A stretch of DNA of 64,000 nucleotides from Armatimonadota bacterium (lineage in GTDB: Bacteria; Armatimonadota; Fimbriimonadia; Fimbriimonadales; Fimbriimonadaceae), in assembly GCA_016223145.1 (NCBI GenBank), contig JACRPN010000006.1, forward strand, positions 120,211 to 184,210. Direction: 5' to 3'. The notes below the pieces were generated by a model, which searched no databases, was not told where the DNA came from, and saw only the letters and a program-made list of their open reading frames with translations. Below are positions 37,922-47,033 of this stretch, one piece after another. The number at the start of each line of letters is the position of its first letter. The first letter of the stretch is position 1. Made by a program: the position numbers and the translations under genes.

Positions 37922-38899
37922 ATGCGTTCGGGCACACTGGCCACAATTGCAGTCTTAGCGCTCTGGCTATTGGTGGGAGCAGCCAGCCAAGGCAACCAAA
38001 AGCCGGTTCCATTCCCCACACAACTCTTTGCCGAAGCCAAGGACGAGGACTTCGGCGGTGAGGAAGCTTGCGGAGCCTGCCATCCGGATCGGATGGATAG
38101 CTACAAGCGATCGCCCCACAGCGAGTTTGTCCACAACGCCAAGCTTGGTCCGTCGAAGCAGGGCTGCGAAGCGTGCCACGGCCCGCTCAACATCCACCAG
38201 CGCGAGAACGACCCCAAGGTCATCAGCTACGGAAAGCTCAACTTTGCCGACGTCAACGCGGCCTGTCTGCGGTGCCATCAGTCGACGATGCGTCCCGAGC
38301 ACTACGCCAAGACGGAGCATGCGCGGGCCAAGGTTTCCTGTACGTCTTGCCACCAAATCCACGTGGAAGCCCCGGGAACCAATTCTGAGAAGTCCGGCAA
38401 GCTGGGCGCCGCCGGCACGGTTCGAGTGTCAGCTTTTGCCGCCGAGCGCGCCGTCAAGAAGCTCCTGAAGGCGCCGGAAACCGAGCTCTGTGGCCAATGC
38501 CATCGGGCAGAGTCGGCTCAGTTCCGCCAGAACTCCCACCACCCTGTACCCGAAGGAGTGCTCGTTTGCAGCGACTGCCACGAGCCGCATCCTGCGAAGA
38601 GCGCAGCGCGCAAGTCCGCTGCCCTGACCCAGAAGTGCATGGGCTGCCATGCGGAGCAAGCCGGACCCTTCGTGTATACGCATGACCCAGTTCAGGGCCT
38701 GACCGGCGACGCCTGTATGGAGTGCCACAAGCCGCATGGCTCTAACAACCCAAGGATTCTGAAGAGCTTCAGCCGCGGTCTTTGCATGCAGTGCCACACC
38801 GACAAGTCCCAGCACAACCCCGGATCCACTTGCTGGACCGCCGGATGCCATTCGGCCATGCATGGTTCGAACACGGACCGGCTGTTCTTGACCCCGTAA
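37922..38899 (+). CDS. periplasmic deca-heme c-type cytochrome (MtrA/DmsE/PioA-like)
   Basis: Signal peptide; 9 CxxCH (CGACH, CEACH, CLRCH, CTSCH, CGQCH, CSDCH, CMGCH, CMECH, CMQCH) plus a C-terminal CWTAGCH (CX4CH) in 325 aa; heme density and size match the MtrA family; the next gene is an OM beta-barrel. Confidence 0.75.
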   Translation: MRSGTLATIAVLALWLLVGAASQGNQKPVPFPTQLFAEAKDEDFGGEEACGACHPDRMDSYKRSPHSEFVHNAKLGPSKQGCEACHGPLNIHQRENDPKVISYGKLNFADVNAACLRCHQSTMRPEHYAKTEHARAKVSCTSCHQIHVEAPGTNSEKSGKLGAAGTVRVSAFAAERAVKKLLKAPETELCGQCHRAESAQFRQNSHHPVPEGVLVCSDCHEPHPAKSAARKSAALTQKCMGCHAEQAGPFVYTHDPVQGLTGDACMECHKPHGSNNPRILKSFSRGLCMQCHTDKSQHNPGSTCWTAGCHSAMHGSNTDRLFLTP

Positions 38900-38933
38900 C
38901 CCCGACCGATCAAAGAGAGACCACCAGGAGGAA

Positions 38934-40568
38934 ATGAACGTGAAACGCTTGCGAGCTGCCGCCATGAGCCTCGTTCTCGCGGCTGCCTTCACCAGCGCAC
39001 AGGATGCGCAGGATAAGAAAGAGGGTCAGGACGCGGAAGCGACAAAAACCCCGAAGTACTTCGCCACGCTTGGTCTTTACGACTGGGGGTTGAGCGGGAA
39101 TCCGCACAAGCTGCGGCAGTATGCCACGCCCGCCACGGGTTTGGTGCTGAAGGACTTCTACACCCAATTCGGTGTGCCGAGGGGCCAAGCTTGGCTTCAC
39201 GCGGCGGGGCCTGGCCAAGAGGACTACGCCTACGAAGGAAGGATGATCTTTAGCAACGGGAAGCTGTCGCTCGACGCTTATCGGATGAGGAACAAGTTCT
39301 TCGACAACACGCCGACGTTCATCCCGCACAGCCAACGGGACGTGGAAGAAGTCAACGGCAGGCTCGCCGTCACGGACAATATCGCGGTGAGCGGAACCTA
39401 CCGCCGGGAGGAGCGCTCGCAGTCCTTTGAGGCGCCGCGCGACCCGCGCAACGATCGCAACTACCTTTGGAATGCCAACATTGACGCCAACCTGAAGGGC
39501 GGCTCGGCCAGCGTCGGTGTGACGGAGCGCCGCTATTACGACCGGCTCAACGTCTACCCAGACTCCAAAACCAAACAGGTGCGGTTCTCCTTCGACCATA
39601 ACATCGGCCCAAAGCTGAACGTTGACGGCACGATCGCCCAGACCAAGATCGAGCAGGGCACGGCGCCCGAGGCGCAGATCGACAATTGGGGCTTGGGGGG
39701 CCAATTCACCCTCAGCGATGACACCGAGATTGGCTTCCGAACGACGCGAGAGAAGTCCGATATTCCGCAAGCCAACCGGGCCTGGGTGAGGGAGCGGTTC
39801 AGCACGACTGCGAACGTGTATCACAGCATTGGCGAGTGGCAGTTGCAGGCCGGCTATACGCGCCGTGAGCATGAGCGCGTTCGAGGTGACCTCTCTTTTG
39901 TCGATCTATCGAAGTGGGACATCTATGAGGGCAGGCTCACCGGCCACGTCAACGATTGGCTCAAGCTGAACTTGAAGGTCAAGCAGCAATCGCTCCGAAA
40001 GGGTGCGATCATGCTGACCGAGGACACGCGCGCGCTCTATTTCGACGACCGGACGACGATTCAGGCCAAGCTGGACGGAAGCAGGGGCCGCACCACCGGA
40101 TACGGCGTGTACACGCAGACCTACCTCGAAAACGAGCCGCGGGACGTGAAGATTCGGAACCACGCCTACACGTTTGGCGGCACCTATCAGCTCACCGACA
40201 CCATGGACGTGTTCGGGGAATACATGAACGAGAGATCGAACGTGAAGAGCGAAGTAGTCGATCCGTTCGAGCTCAAGCTGTTCTTCCCGCAGAGCACGAC
40301 GTTCTCTTGCGGCCTGAACTGGGCCACCAGCCAGAACACGTTCCTCAGCATTGCCTTTACCGAATTTGCGACAGACAATGACAACCCTTTGAACCTGCAG
40401 GACGGCAACGTCCATGGCAGGACACTCAGCACTACACTACGGCACCGTGCGTCCTCGGGCAACGAGTTCTCCATCACGGTGGCGCCCTGGCGATACAACG
40501 ACAAGATGTTCAGCCAATTGGGCTTCCGGACGACCTTGATCCAACTGAACGCAAGCATCCGCTTCTAG
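38934..40568 (+). CDS. outer-membrane beta-barrel protein (MtrB/PioB/OmbB-like porin partner of the decaheme cytochrome)
   Basis: Signal peptide MNVKRLRAAAMSLVLAAAFTSAQD; 544 aa rich in alternating Y/G/T/N/R beta-strand patterns; C-terminal residue Phe (ASIRF), typical of beta-barrel OMPs; 35 nt after the decaheme gene. Confidence 0.6.
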   Translation: MNVKRLRAAAMSLVLAAAFTSAQDAQDKKEGQDAEATKTPKYFATLGLYDWGLSGNPHKLRQYATPATGLVLKDFYTQFGVPRGQAWLHAAGPGQEDYAYEGRMIFSNGKLSLDAYRMRNKFFDNTPTFIPHSQRDVEEVNGRLAVTDNIAVSGTYRREERSQSFEAPRDPRNDRNYLWNANIDANLKGGSASVGVTERRYYDRLNVYPDSKTKQVRFSFDHNIGPKLNVDGTIAQTKIEQGTAPEAQIDNWGLGGQFTLSDDTEIGFRTTREKSDIPQANRAWVRERFSTTANVYHSIGEWQLQAGYTRREHERVRGDLSFVDLSKWDIYEGRLTGHVNDWLKLNLKVKQQSLRKGAIMLTEDTRALYFDDRTTIQAKLDGSRGRTTGYGVYTQTYLENEPRDVKIRNHAYTFGGTYQLTDTMDVFGEYMNERSNVKSEVVDPFELKLFFPQSTTFSCGLNWATSQNTFLSIAFTEFATDNDNPLNLQDGNVHGRTLSTTLRHRASSGNEFSITVAPWRYNDKMFSQLGFRTTLIQLNASIRF

Positions 40569-40623
40569 TGAGCGTAAACGCATGCGACACGAAACCAAAA
40601 CGGAGCGAACAAAGAGGAAAACC

Positions 40624-42180
40624 ATGAAAGCGAGATGGCTATTAGCGACGGCGGCGTTGGCGCCTTTTGCCGTTGCCGTCCTGGCGCTGCAGAGTTGTGG
40701 CGGCGAAGGTGGGCCCATTGGCGGCGGAGGAGGCGGAGGGACCGGTGACACTGCGCTCGTGGCGCAGTTCAAGGGCCTCTTCACCGATTCTCAAAAGGCA
40801 GGGGCGACTTATGTCGGCTCTGAATCCTGTGGAGCCACCGGTTGCCACGGGACCCGTGACAATGAGGACATCTATTCGACTTGGCACGAAACCAAGCACT
40901 TTGGCAAGAACGTAGGTTGCGAGAGCTGCCACGGTCCTGGCAGCGCGCACGTTGCCAGCCAGAGCGACGCAGATATTTTGACCTTTCCGAAGATCACGAA
41001 TGCTGTGGTTTGCGGCCAATGCCACGGGCCGATCTATAACGACTATCTTCGGTCTGGCCACCGCCAGATCGTTGAGTCGCCTGTGCATGAAGCCGCAACG
41101 AACCCAAATACCTATGGGAAGAGCTCGCGATGCATTTCCTGTCACAGCGGTCTATTCAGGACTGAAATCAACGAAAAGGGCGTCGACGTCGCGACGATGG
41201 ACAACGCCAGGATCACTGAAATTGCGGAAGAGACCCTCAACGACGTGCCCAACATCGCCAACTGCGCGACGTGCCACAACCCGCATGCCCAGACCGGCAA
41301 CGTGAGCAAGGGTGGAAAGGAGGTCCAGTTACGGCATCTCGTCCACAACGAGAGCGTGACGGACATCAACGGCGCTCAGACCACCGTGCCGACGCCGGCA
41401 ACCTTCACGAACTTCAACCACATCTGCGGCCAATGCCACAACGGCCGAGCCGCGGATGGCCGTGACCCCAAGCTGACGAGCAGCACGAGCCGCCCCAACA
41501 TGCACGACTCCAACCAGTTCAACATGCTGATGGGCGTCGGTGGCGCTGAAGGGGCAGGTCCCCCGATTCGCAACATGGCGCATGCACAAGCCCCTGGCCA
41601 ATGCTCCGCCTGCCACATGCCGGGTTCCAGGCACACCTTCACGGTGAGCTACGATAAGGGTTGTGCGCCTTGCCATAGCGCCGAAGACGCGGCAGTTCGA
41701 AAGAGCGCCATCGCCAATGAGATCACTGGCGGACTGTATTCCCTGCGGCAGAGAATGGCGGACTGGTCGGCATCGTTCTACAACGCCAGCAAGCCTGGTT
41801 ACGAGAACGTGCCTGCAGCCCTGCGGCCCTATCTGTGGGAGTACTCCACCATGATCAATGCTGCGGCCACGGAACTTGGTATCACGACGACCAACGTTCC
41901 AACCAACCACCAGTCGGTGTTGCCGATCCAGATCAAGCGAGCGCGACACAACTACTACTTCATCGTCCGAGACTCCTCCATCTGCCCGCACAACCCGCCG
42001 TATGCACGGCACCTGTTGAACGTAGGCAACGACAACATGGATGAACTAACGGGCGGCAGCGCCTACGGAGCCAGCACTTCCAAGAGCAAGTTGCCGAGCT
42101 TCGCGGCGATGCAGCGGGTCCTCCAAGCCGACAAGGCACGAGCAGCCCGTGCGGAAATGAACAACCCGCACGACGACTAA
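40624..42180 (+). CDS. multiheme c-type cytochrome, probable outer-membrane lipoprotein (OmcB/MtrC-role candidate)
   Basis: Signal peptide with Cys (LALQSC), then Gly-rich flexible linker GGEGGPIGGGGGGGTGD; 7 CxxCH (CESCH, CGQCH x2, CISCH, CATCH, CSACH, CAPCH) plus CGATGCH (CX4CH); 14 nt after the barrel gene. Confidence 0.7.
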   Translation: MKARWLLATAALAPFAVAVLALQSCGGEGGPIGGGGGGGTGDTALVAQFKGLFTDSQKAGATYVGSESCGATGCHGTRDNEDIYSTWHETKHFGKNVGCESCHGPGSAHVASQSDADILTFPKITNAVVCGQCHGPIYNDYLRSGHRQIVESPVHEAATNPNTYGKSSRCISCHSGLFRTEINEKGVDVATMDNARITEIAEETLNDVPNIANCATCHNPHAQTGNVSKGGKEVQLRHLVHNESVTDINGAQTTVPTPATFTNFNHICGQCHNGRAADGRDPKLTSSTSRPNMHDSNQFNMLMGVGGAEGAGPPIRNMAHAQAPGQCSACHMPGSRHTFTVSYDKGCAPCHSAEDAAVRKSAIANEITGGLYSLRQRMADWSASFYNASKPGYENVPAALRPYLWEYSTMINAAATELGITTTNVPTNHQSVLPIQIKRARHNYYFIVRDSSICPHNPPYARHLLNVGNDNMDELTGGSAYGASTSKSKLPSFAAMQRVLQADKARAARAEMNNPHDD

Positions 42181-42186
42181 AGCCAG

Positions 42187-42214
42187 AAGCCCGCTCCCTC
42201 AACAGGGGGCGGGC
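42187..42214 (+). terminator. rho-independent terminator candidate after the + strand cytochrome operon
   Basis: AGCCCGCTCCCT-CAAC-AGGGGGCGGGCT hairpin (11/12 bp stem) 7 nt after stop 42180. Confidence 0.5.
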
Positions 42215-42766
42215 TCTCTGAGCCGCCTCTTTGAACATCTGCTCCCGGACCTGAACCGGTATCCTGACTTCCACGAGAGGTCAGGGTGCCGGTTCGCCTT
42301 TTGTGTGATGGTTCAGTAACGCTGGCGAATGGGGTTGGTTTAGGGACTCAACGGCGCGCATCCAGCCCAAAGCCGACGAGGTCGCGGAGTTCTCGGGATG
42401 GGGGTCGGATTTGCCCCTCCAAGGAAAGCAAGAGAACGACAACGAGTGAATGTCTGGCGCAGCTCTAATCGTCTCCATGAGGGAGTGGACGTTGTTGCTT
42501 CGAGGTGGAAGCAGACCTTGCCGGTTGAGACGGCAAAGCAGGAATCTGATTTCTCAACGTCGTCTCTGGCTCGAAGGAGCTGGCCAGCACTTGAAAGCCG
42601 AGGACTGGGCCGCATCTCAAGTGTCGGTCAACGAGGTCCAACGGCCCAACGTGATGGAACGTCGAGCGGGGTCCTGGAACCTGGCGCAAGGGAATGCGCA
42701 AGTCCAGAAGGATTGCCTCGTTGACCTTTGAGATGGCTTCTATCGCTGCAATCGCTGACAAAGGTC

Positions 42767-44026
42767 TCAGTCGTGGGCAGGTTGGCCTTTCTTGCTAAAG
42801 AGGATTTCCACAGCGACTTTGACCATGAGGGTGAAGATCAGGAACCCGATGCCGAACACGCCGATCGCAACACGCACTTCCGAGGCGCTGGGCACGTAGT
42901 GGTAAATCTGCCCCAATGGATCGGGCGTGTAGCCAGGGATGATCAAAGCGATGCCCTTCTCGATATAGACCGACAAGTAGATGAGCACACACCCTACGTT
43001 CATCGTGATCGGGTTCATGCGAGTCTTGGGCACAATGAAGAGAACAAAGGACGAGATCGCAAAGAGTAGAGACATCCAAGCATACGGAGCGATCGGGGAG
43101 CTTTCTCCATGGAGTCCGGTGAAAAGGTACTGGTAGTGTACCAAGTGATGCGTGTTCGAGTAGTACTCCTTGAACACTTCAGCACCAAAGAGGAAAAGGT
43201 TCAAAGCCATGGCGTATGCCATATACTCGGCTACCTTATGGATCGCCTCGTCCTTGATTTCAAAAGACGATATTTTTCTCAATATCTGGAAAAGAATCAG
43301 GAGAAGGGCCGGGCCAGAGCAAAATGCGGAAGCAATGAACCTCGGAGCCAGAATGGCGCTGTTCCAGTAGGGGCGGCTCGCCATGCCGTTGTAAAGGAAC
43401 GCGGTCACCGTATGAATGCCAATGGCCATCGGGATCGACAAGATGACAAGGGGAACCACGATCTTTGGGTTGTATTTCTTGCCATGATAGGCGCAATAGA
43501 CCAAATATGTGGCTACGCAGAAATTGATCAATAGGTAAGCGTTCAGAACCGTGGCATCCCAAGCCATGATCGACTGCGGCAAGTGCATGTGCCCAATGAA
43601 TGGTATGAGATGCCAGAAGCGGTCTGGCCGACCCATGTCAACGCTAACGAAGAGTAGGCACATAATGATCGAGGCGACGGCTAGCAGCTCGCCGAAAATG
43701 ACAACCTCTTTGATTGGTTTCCAGTTGTAGACATAGGCGGGAATAACCAGCAAGACCGCAGCAGCAGCAACGCCGACCAAGAACGTAAAGTTACCAATAT
43801 AGAAACCCCACGAGACGGAGTCGCGCATATTGGTGGTGATGAGTCCGTACTGGAATTGATGGGCATAGGCGAAAACCGCCTGCAAGATGCAGACGCATAG
43901 CAGAGCAAGCCAGAGGTAATAGGTTCTGCTTCCACCCAAAAATGCCATCCGTGCGGTTCCTGAAACGAAGTTCCAGGGAGTTCTTAGGACTTTCATTGAA
44001 TCATGGTTCCTTTTTGAAGCCACCAC
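42767..44026 (-). CDS. NrfD/PsrC-family integral membrane quinol-interacting subunit
   Basis: 419 aa, about 10 TM helices with the conserved NrfD-like pattern (WDATVLNAYLLINF, AILAPRFIASAF); downstream of the NrfC-like Fe-S gene on the same strand. Confidence 0.8.
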   Translation of the reverse strand: MVASKRNHDSMKVLRTPWNFVSGTARMAFLGGSRTYYLWLALLCVCILQAVFAYAHQFQYGLITTNMRDSVSWGFYIGNFTFLVGVAAAAVLLVIPAYVYNWKPIKEVVIFGELLAVASIIMCLLFVSVDMGRPDRFWHLIPFIGHMHLPQSIMAWDATVLNAYLLINFCVATYLVYCAYHGKKYNPKIVVPLVILSIPMAIGIHTVTAFLYNGMASRPYWNSAILAPRFIASAFCSGPALLLILFQILRKISSFEIKDEAIHKVAEYMAYAMALNLFLFGAEVFKEYYSNTHHLVHYQYLFTGLHGESSPIAPYAWMSLLFAISSFVLFIVPKTRMNPITMNVGCVLIYLSVYIEKGIALIIPGYTPDPLGQIYHYVPSASEVRVAIGVFGIGFLIFTLMVKVAVEILFSKKGQPAHD

Positions 44027-44133
44027 TTCGTCTCACGAGAGGCGGTGCACGAGCTGCAAGTGCTTATGCTGAGCCTCCAAAGTGGTGCTCAGCCCGATCG
44101 CAGACGTGTAAAGACGAATTACCTGGAGCATCC

Positions 44134-45093
44134 TTACAAACCGTAGTAGTAGAAGAATTTGGGTTGGGTGTTCAACTCCTCTTTCAGAATCAGAACACGC
44201 TTGTTCTCAATGATGTAGCGGACCTCGCTCTCCGGGTCAAGAAGATTGCCAAACTTGCGGGCACCCACCGGACAGGCTTCCACACACCTTGGATAGAGTC
44301 CCTTTCGAACTCTTCCAATGCACCAAGTGCACTTTTCAACCACGCCACGGGGTCGCGGCCTGTTGCCGAGGTAATCGGTCTCCGTATTTATCTGATCCTT
44401 CGGAATCGTTGGAGTTGTCCAGTTGAAACGTCGCGCACCGTAAGGGCAAGCTGTAATGCAGCATCGGCACCCAATGCACCAGTTGTAGTCGATGACGACG
44501 ATGCCGTCGGGCTCCTTCCACGTTGCACCCACCGGACAGACTTTCACGCAAGGAGGATTCTCACAGTGCTGACAAGCGACCGGCATATAGAACTTGCCTG
44601 GGGCGGGGACTTCCTCGTGGTCGTAAAACGCATCTGCTTTGGCAAGATCAACACCTCCCTCTTTGTCCATTTCCAAGACCGTGATCCAATGCGTCTGTGG
44701 GTCACGAGATTGGTTGTTTTCGTCTACGCATGCGTAGACACACTTCCGGCAACCTATGCACCTGGAAAGGTCGAGCGCATATCCGTACAGCACACCCTCC
44801 AAAGGCGGTGTGGAGGTAACGTTAATGTGCTTGCCGTAATCTTCCCAGTACTGCTTTTCCATCCGGGCGAGTGTCGTCTTCAGTTCTTCCGGCGAAAGGT
44901 CCTTAAAGTACTTCTGAACGAAATCGTCACGTATTCGCTTATCCGCCAGACAGCCCGTCAGGGAAGCCGTTGCAGCCAGCGAAAAAAAGGTCTGGACGAT
45001 TATCTCGCGGCGACTTGGCCCGTTACGATCCATCTTCGGGGGCGGTTTTGAAGCGACTTGAAGTTTGCTCATCGTGTGACCTTCCAGAATCAC
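44134..45093 (-). CDS. Tat-exported 4x[4Fe-4S] ferredoxin-type iron-sulfur subunit (NrfC/PsrB/HybA-like)
   Basis: Twin-arginine leader SRREIIVQTFFSLAATAS; four Cys clusters (CIGCRKCVYAC, CQHCENPPCVKVCP, CIGCRCCITACP, CTWCIGR...CVEACP); start overlaps the stop of the upstream tetraheme gene. Confidence 0.85.
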   Translation of the reverse strand: MILEGHTMSKLQVASKPPPKMDRNGPSRREIIVQTFFSLAATASLTGCLADKRIRDDFVQKYFKDLSPEELKTTLARMEKQYWEDYGKHINVTSTPPLEGVLYGYALDLSRCIGCRKCVYACVDENNQSRDPQTHWITVLEMDKEGGVDLAKADAFYDHEEVPAPGKFYMPVACQHCENPPCVKVCPVGATWKEPDGIVVIDYNWCIGCRCCITACPYGARRFNWTTPTIPKDQINTETDYLGNRPRPRGVVEKCTWCIGRVRKGLYPRCVEACPVGARKFGNLLDPESEVRYIIENKRVLILKEELNTQPKFFYYYGL

Positions 45094-45614
45094 CGGATCT
45101 CCTCTTGTGGCAGTGGAGGGGGCATAGGCTTGAGTGGCTTGAAGCGAGGGGAGTGGGGGTTGTGACAGCTTACGCAGAGCAAGTACTGCTTCTGTCCCGA
45201 CCAGGATCCCGTCCGCTTTCCGTGTTCACCGGCTTTCCAAGCGCGAAGTGTCGGGCCATGGCATTGGCCACAGAGACGATAGGACTCAGTGAACGGAACA
45301 GGGCGGCCGTCAGCAAGGTGAAGCTGGTCGCGATTTTGGGCATCGTGGCAATCGAGACACCACCTGTTCTTTTCATCATGGTGCAGCTCGATGTCAGGAT
45401 GGGCATCCACGGCATGTGGGGTTCGGTTGACGATCGCATCCTTCATATGGCAGTTTGAACACGGAAAGATGCCTTCAGAAAAAGGTGGAGGCGACACAGG
45501 AAGCAGATTTGCAGTTCCGCCATTGGGTCTGGTTGAAGCATTGTTGAAGTGGAGGGATCTCCCGGTTGTCTGGTCGCAACCGCTCAAGAGAATGGAGCCG
45601 ATCCCTACCGCCAT
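45090..45614 (-). CDS. tetraheme c-type cytochrome, probable lipoprotein
   Basis: Lipobox-like ILLSGC after MAVGIG; CSNCH, CLDCH, CGQCH, CVSCH; start uncertain (45614 ATG; the ORF track extends to 45863 with a non-signal-like N-terminus). Confidence 0.65.
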   Translation of the reverse strand: MAVGIGSILLSGCDQTTGRSLHFNNASTRPNGGTANLLPVSPPPFSEGIFPCSNCHMKDAIVNRTPHAVDAHPDIELHHDEKNRWCLDCHDAQNRDQLHLADGRPVPFTESYRLCGQCHGPTLRAWKAGEHGKRTGSWSGQKQYLLCVSCHNPHSPRFKPLKPMPPPLPQEEIR

Positions 45615-45798
45615 CCAGATAGATGGCTTGCCAAAGGTTGCTTTTAGTCTATTTCGCACGTGCGTGCTCCTCAATTCTGAAAGAGAAGAGCTGAATAGCC
45701 GCTCCCCACCTGATGCTCTACTTTGACGGGCTGGATTCAATGATCCTGATTCTCTGAATCCGTCATAGAGAATCCAGCCGAACCCAATGTTGAGCCTG

Positions 45799-46134
45799 CT
45801 ACTTGCTCTTTTCGTCGCCGGGCAACGTGCCCTTCTTGAGTTCGTCGCCGTTCTTGACACCATCTTTGTCCGAGTCGAGCGCCTCGATCTTTTTAAGGAT
45901 GCCAGCCGTCAGCTCCGAGCCTCCCGAGGCCTTAAGAGCCTTGTCAACATCCCTGCCGTAAGCGTTGACAGGGCCGCCCTTATTTGATGGATGACAAGCG
46001 GTGCACATGGCTTTTGAAAGCGCCGAGCCGGCCGGTGCTTTGTAGGCGCCAATGAAGGTCTTGAGAAACATCGGCTTTGGCATGGCGAAGCAGGCGATCG
46101 AGCCGAGGATGACGAGGATTGTTGTTCTTTTCAT
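45799..46134 (-). CDS. small secreted monoheme cytochrome c
   Basis: Signal peptide MKRTTILVILGSIACFA; single CTACH; 112 aa; ATG 46134 overlaps the Rrf2 stop. Confidence 0.7.
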   Translation of the reverse strand: MKRTTILVILGSIACFAMPKPMFLKTFIGAYKAPAGSALSKAMCTACHPSNKGGPVNAYGRDVDKALKASGGSELTAGILKKIEALDSDKDGVKNGDELKKGTLPGDEKSK

Positions 46135-46616
46135 GGTTGTTCTCGATGAGGATGCGAAAGAGAATTCTTGTTGCCTTGATGACCTGCCTCCTTGATCCCT
46201 TCCGAGCCGGCAAGACCTTCTAGCGTGCGGCTTGCGAGGATATGGCAGACCGAGTCCCTCATCCCACTCCAAAGGTGGTGGAGCTGACAAGGAGATTCGG
46301 CGTTGCAGACTCGGTCGTGGTTCAAGAAACACCAAGGCTTCACAAATGGGCCCTCGTATGCTTCGATGATCTCCAGTAGGGTGATTTCAGAGGCGGACCG
46401 GGCCAAGCTGTATCCACGCACGGCGCCTCGATGAGGCCGGAGCAATCCGGAATTGACCAGTTGGCTGAAGATATTGCGGGCGAATTTACACGGGATCGAG
46501 GCGCCGGTTGCGATCTCTTCGGCTTGGATGGGGCGGCCCGGGGGCTGGCCGGCAATCCACATCATTGCCGACAAAGCGTACTCACATCCCCTCGTCAGTC
46601 GAAGAACCTGTGCCAT
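46131..46616 (-). CDS. Rrf2 family transcriptional regulator with probable Fe-S cluster (IscR/NsrR-like)
   Basis: N-terminal wHTH LRLTRGCEYALSAMMWIA...IPCKFARNIFSQLVNSGLL; three clustered Cys C-x7-C-x5-C (PWCFLNHDRVCNAESPC); first gene of the - strand cytochrome/NrfCD operon. Confidence 0.8.
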   Translation of the reverse strand: MAQVLRLTRGCEYALSAMMWIAGQPPGRPIQAEEIATGASIPCKFARNIFSQLVNSGLLRPHRGAVRGYSLARSASEITLLEIIEAYEGPFVKPWCFLNHDRVCNAESPCQLHHLWSGMRDSVCHILASRTLEGLAGSEGIKEAGHQGNKNSLSHPHREQP

Positions 46617-46620
46617 TGGG

Positions 46621-46633
46621 TTGAGTCACTCAA
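46621..46633. promoter_or_regulatory. perfect 13-bp palindrome TTGAGTcACTCAA immediately upstream of the Rrf2 start; candidate operator
   Basis: 6+1+6 inverted repeat, 5 nt upstream of ATG 46616 on the - strand. Confidence 0.3.
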
Positions 46634-47033
46634 GTGTCTCAATTGAATGACTGATGCCAGTTTAGGTGATGTCTATCCAGATGTCAAGGGTTTTGGGCAG
46701 AAAATATCAAAATAGGATCGACGCTAGGGAATCGGAACGGGCTTGGTGAGCATTCCGACAGTAGGGTAACGGATCGTTCCGGACACATGGTTGACACGTC
46801 CTCCCACGGCCAGAGCGAGCCGTGGGAGGACGGCCGTGCCCTGGAAGGAGTGTTCGGCAATCGACGAACGATCGTTTATTGTCGCTCGCCATTTGGAGGG
46901 TGAGGAGATGGGCCACTTGACCCGCTTCGAAACTGCTGGGTACAGCTTCTGGGGATACCTTGGATCGTCATCCGACGTCGTGAAAGGCTAATTCTGGCCG
47001 TGCGGATTATCCAGCCGTTCTTCCGGCATGGAC

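Noticed and set aside
46131-46616. Rrf2 regulator interpreted as IscR of an isc operon
   Set aside because: No iscS/iscU/hscBA genes are adjacent; the gene heads a cytochrome/NrfCD operon instead, so it is more likely a dedicated redox/iron-responsive regulator.
46617-47033. Search for an integrase or att-site duplicate flanking tRNA-Glu
   Set aside because: No integrase/recombinase ORF and no recognisable partial tRNA 3'-end repeat found by eye near 37.6-37.9 kb; the island hypothesis rests on GC alone.
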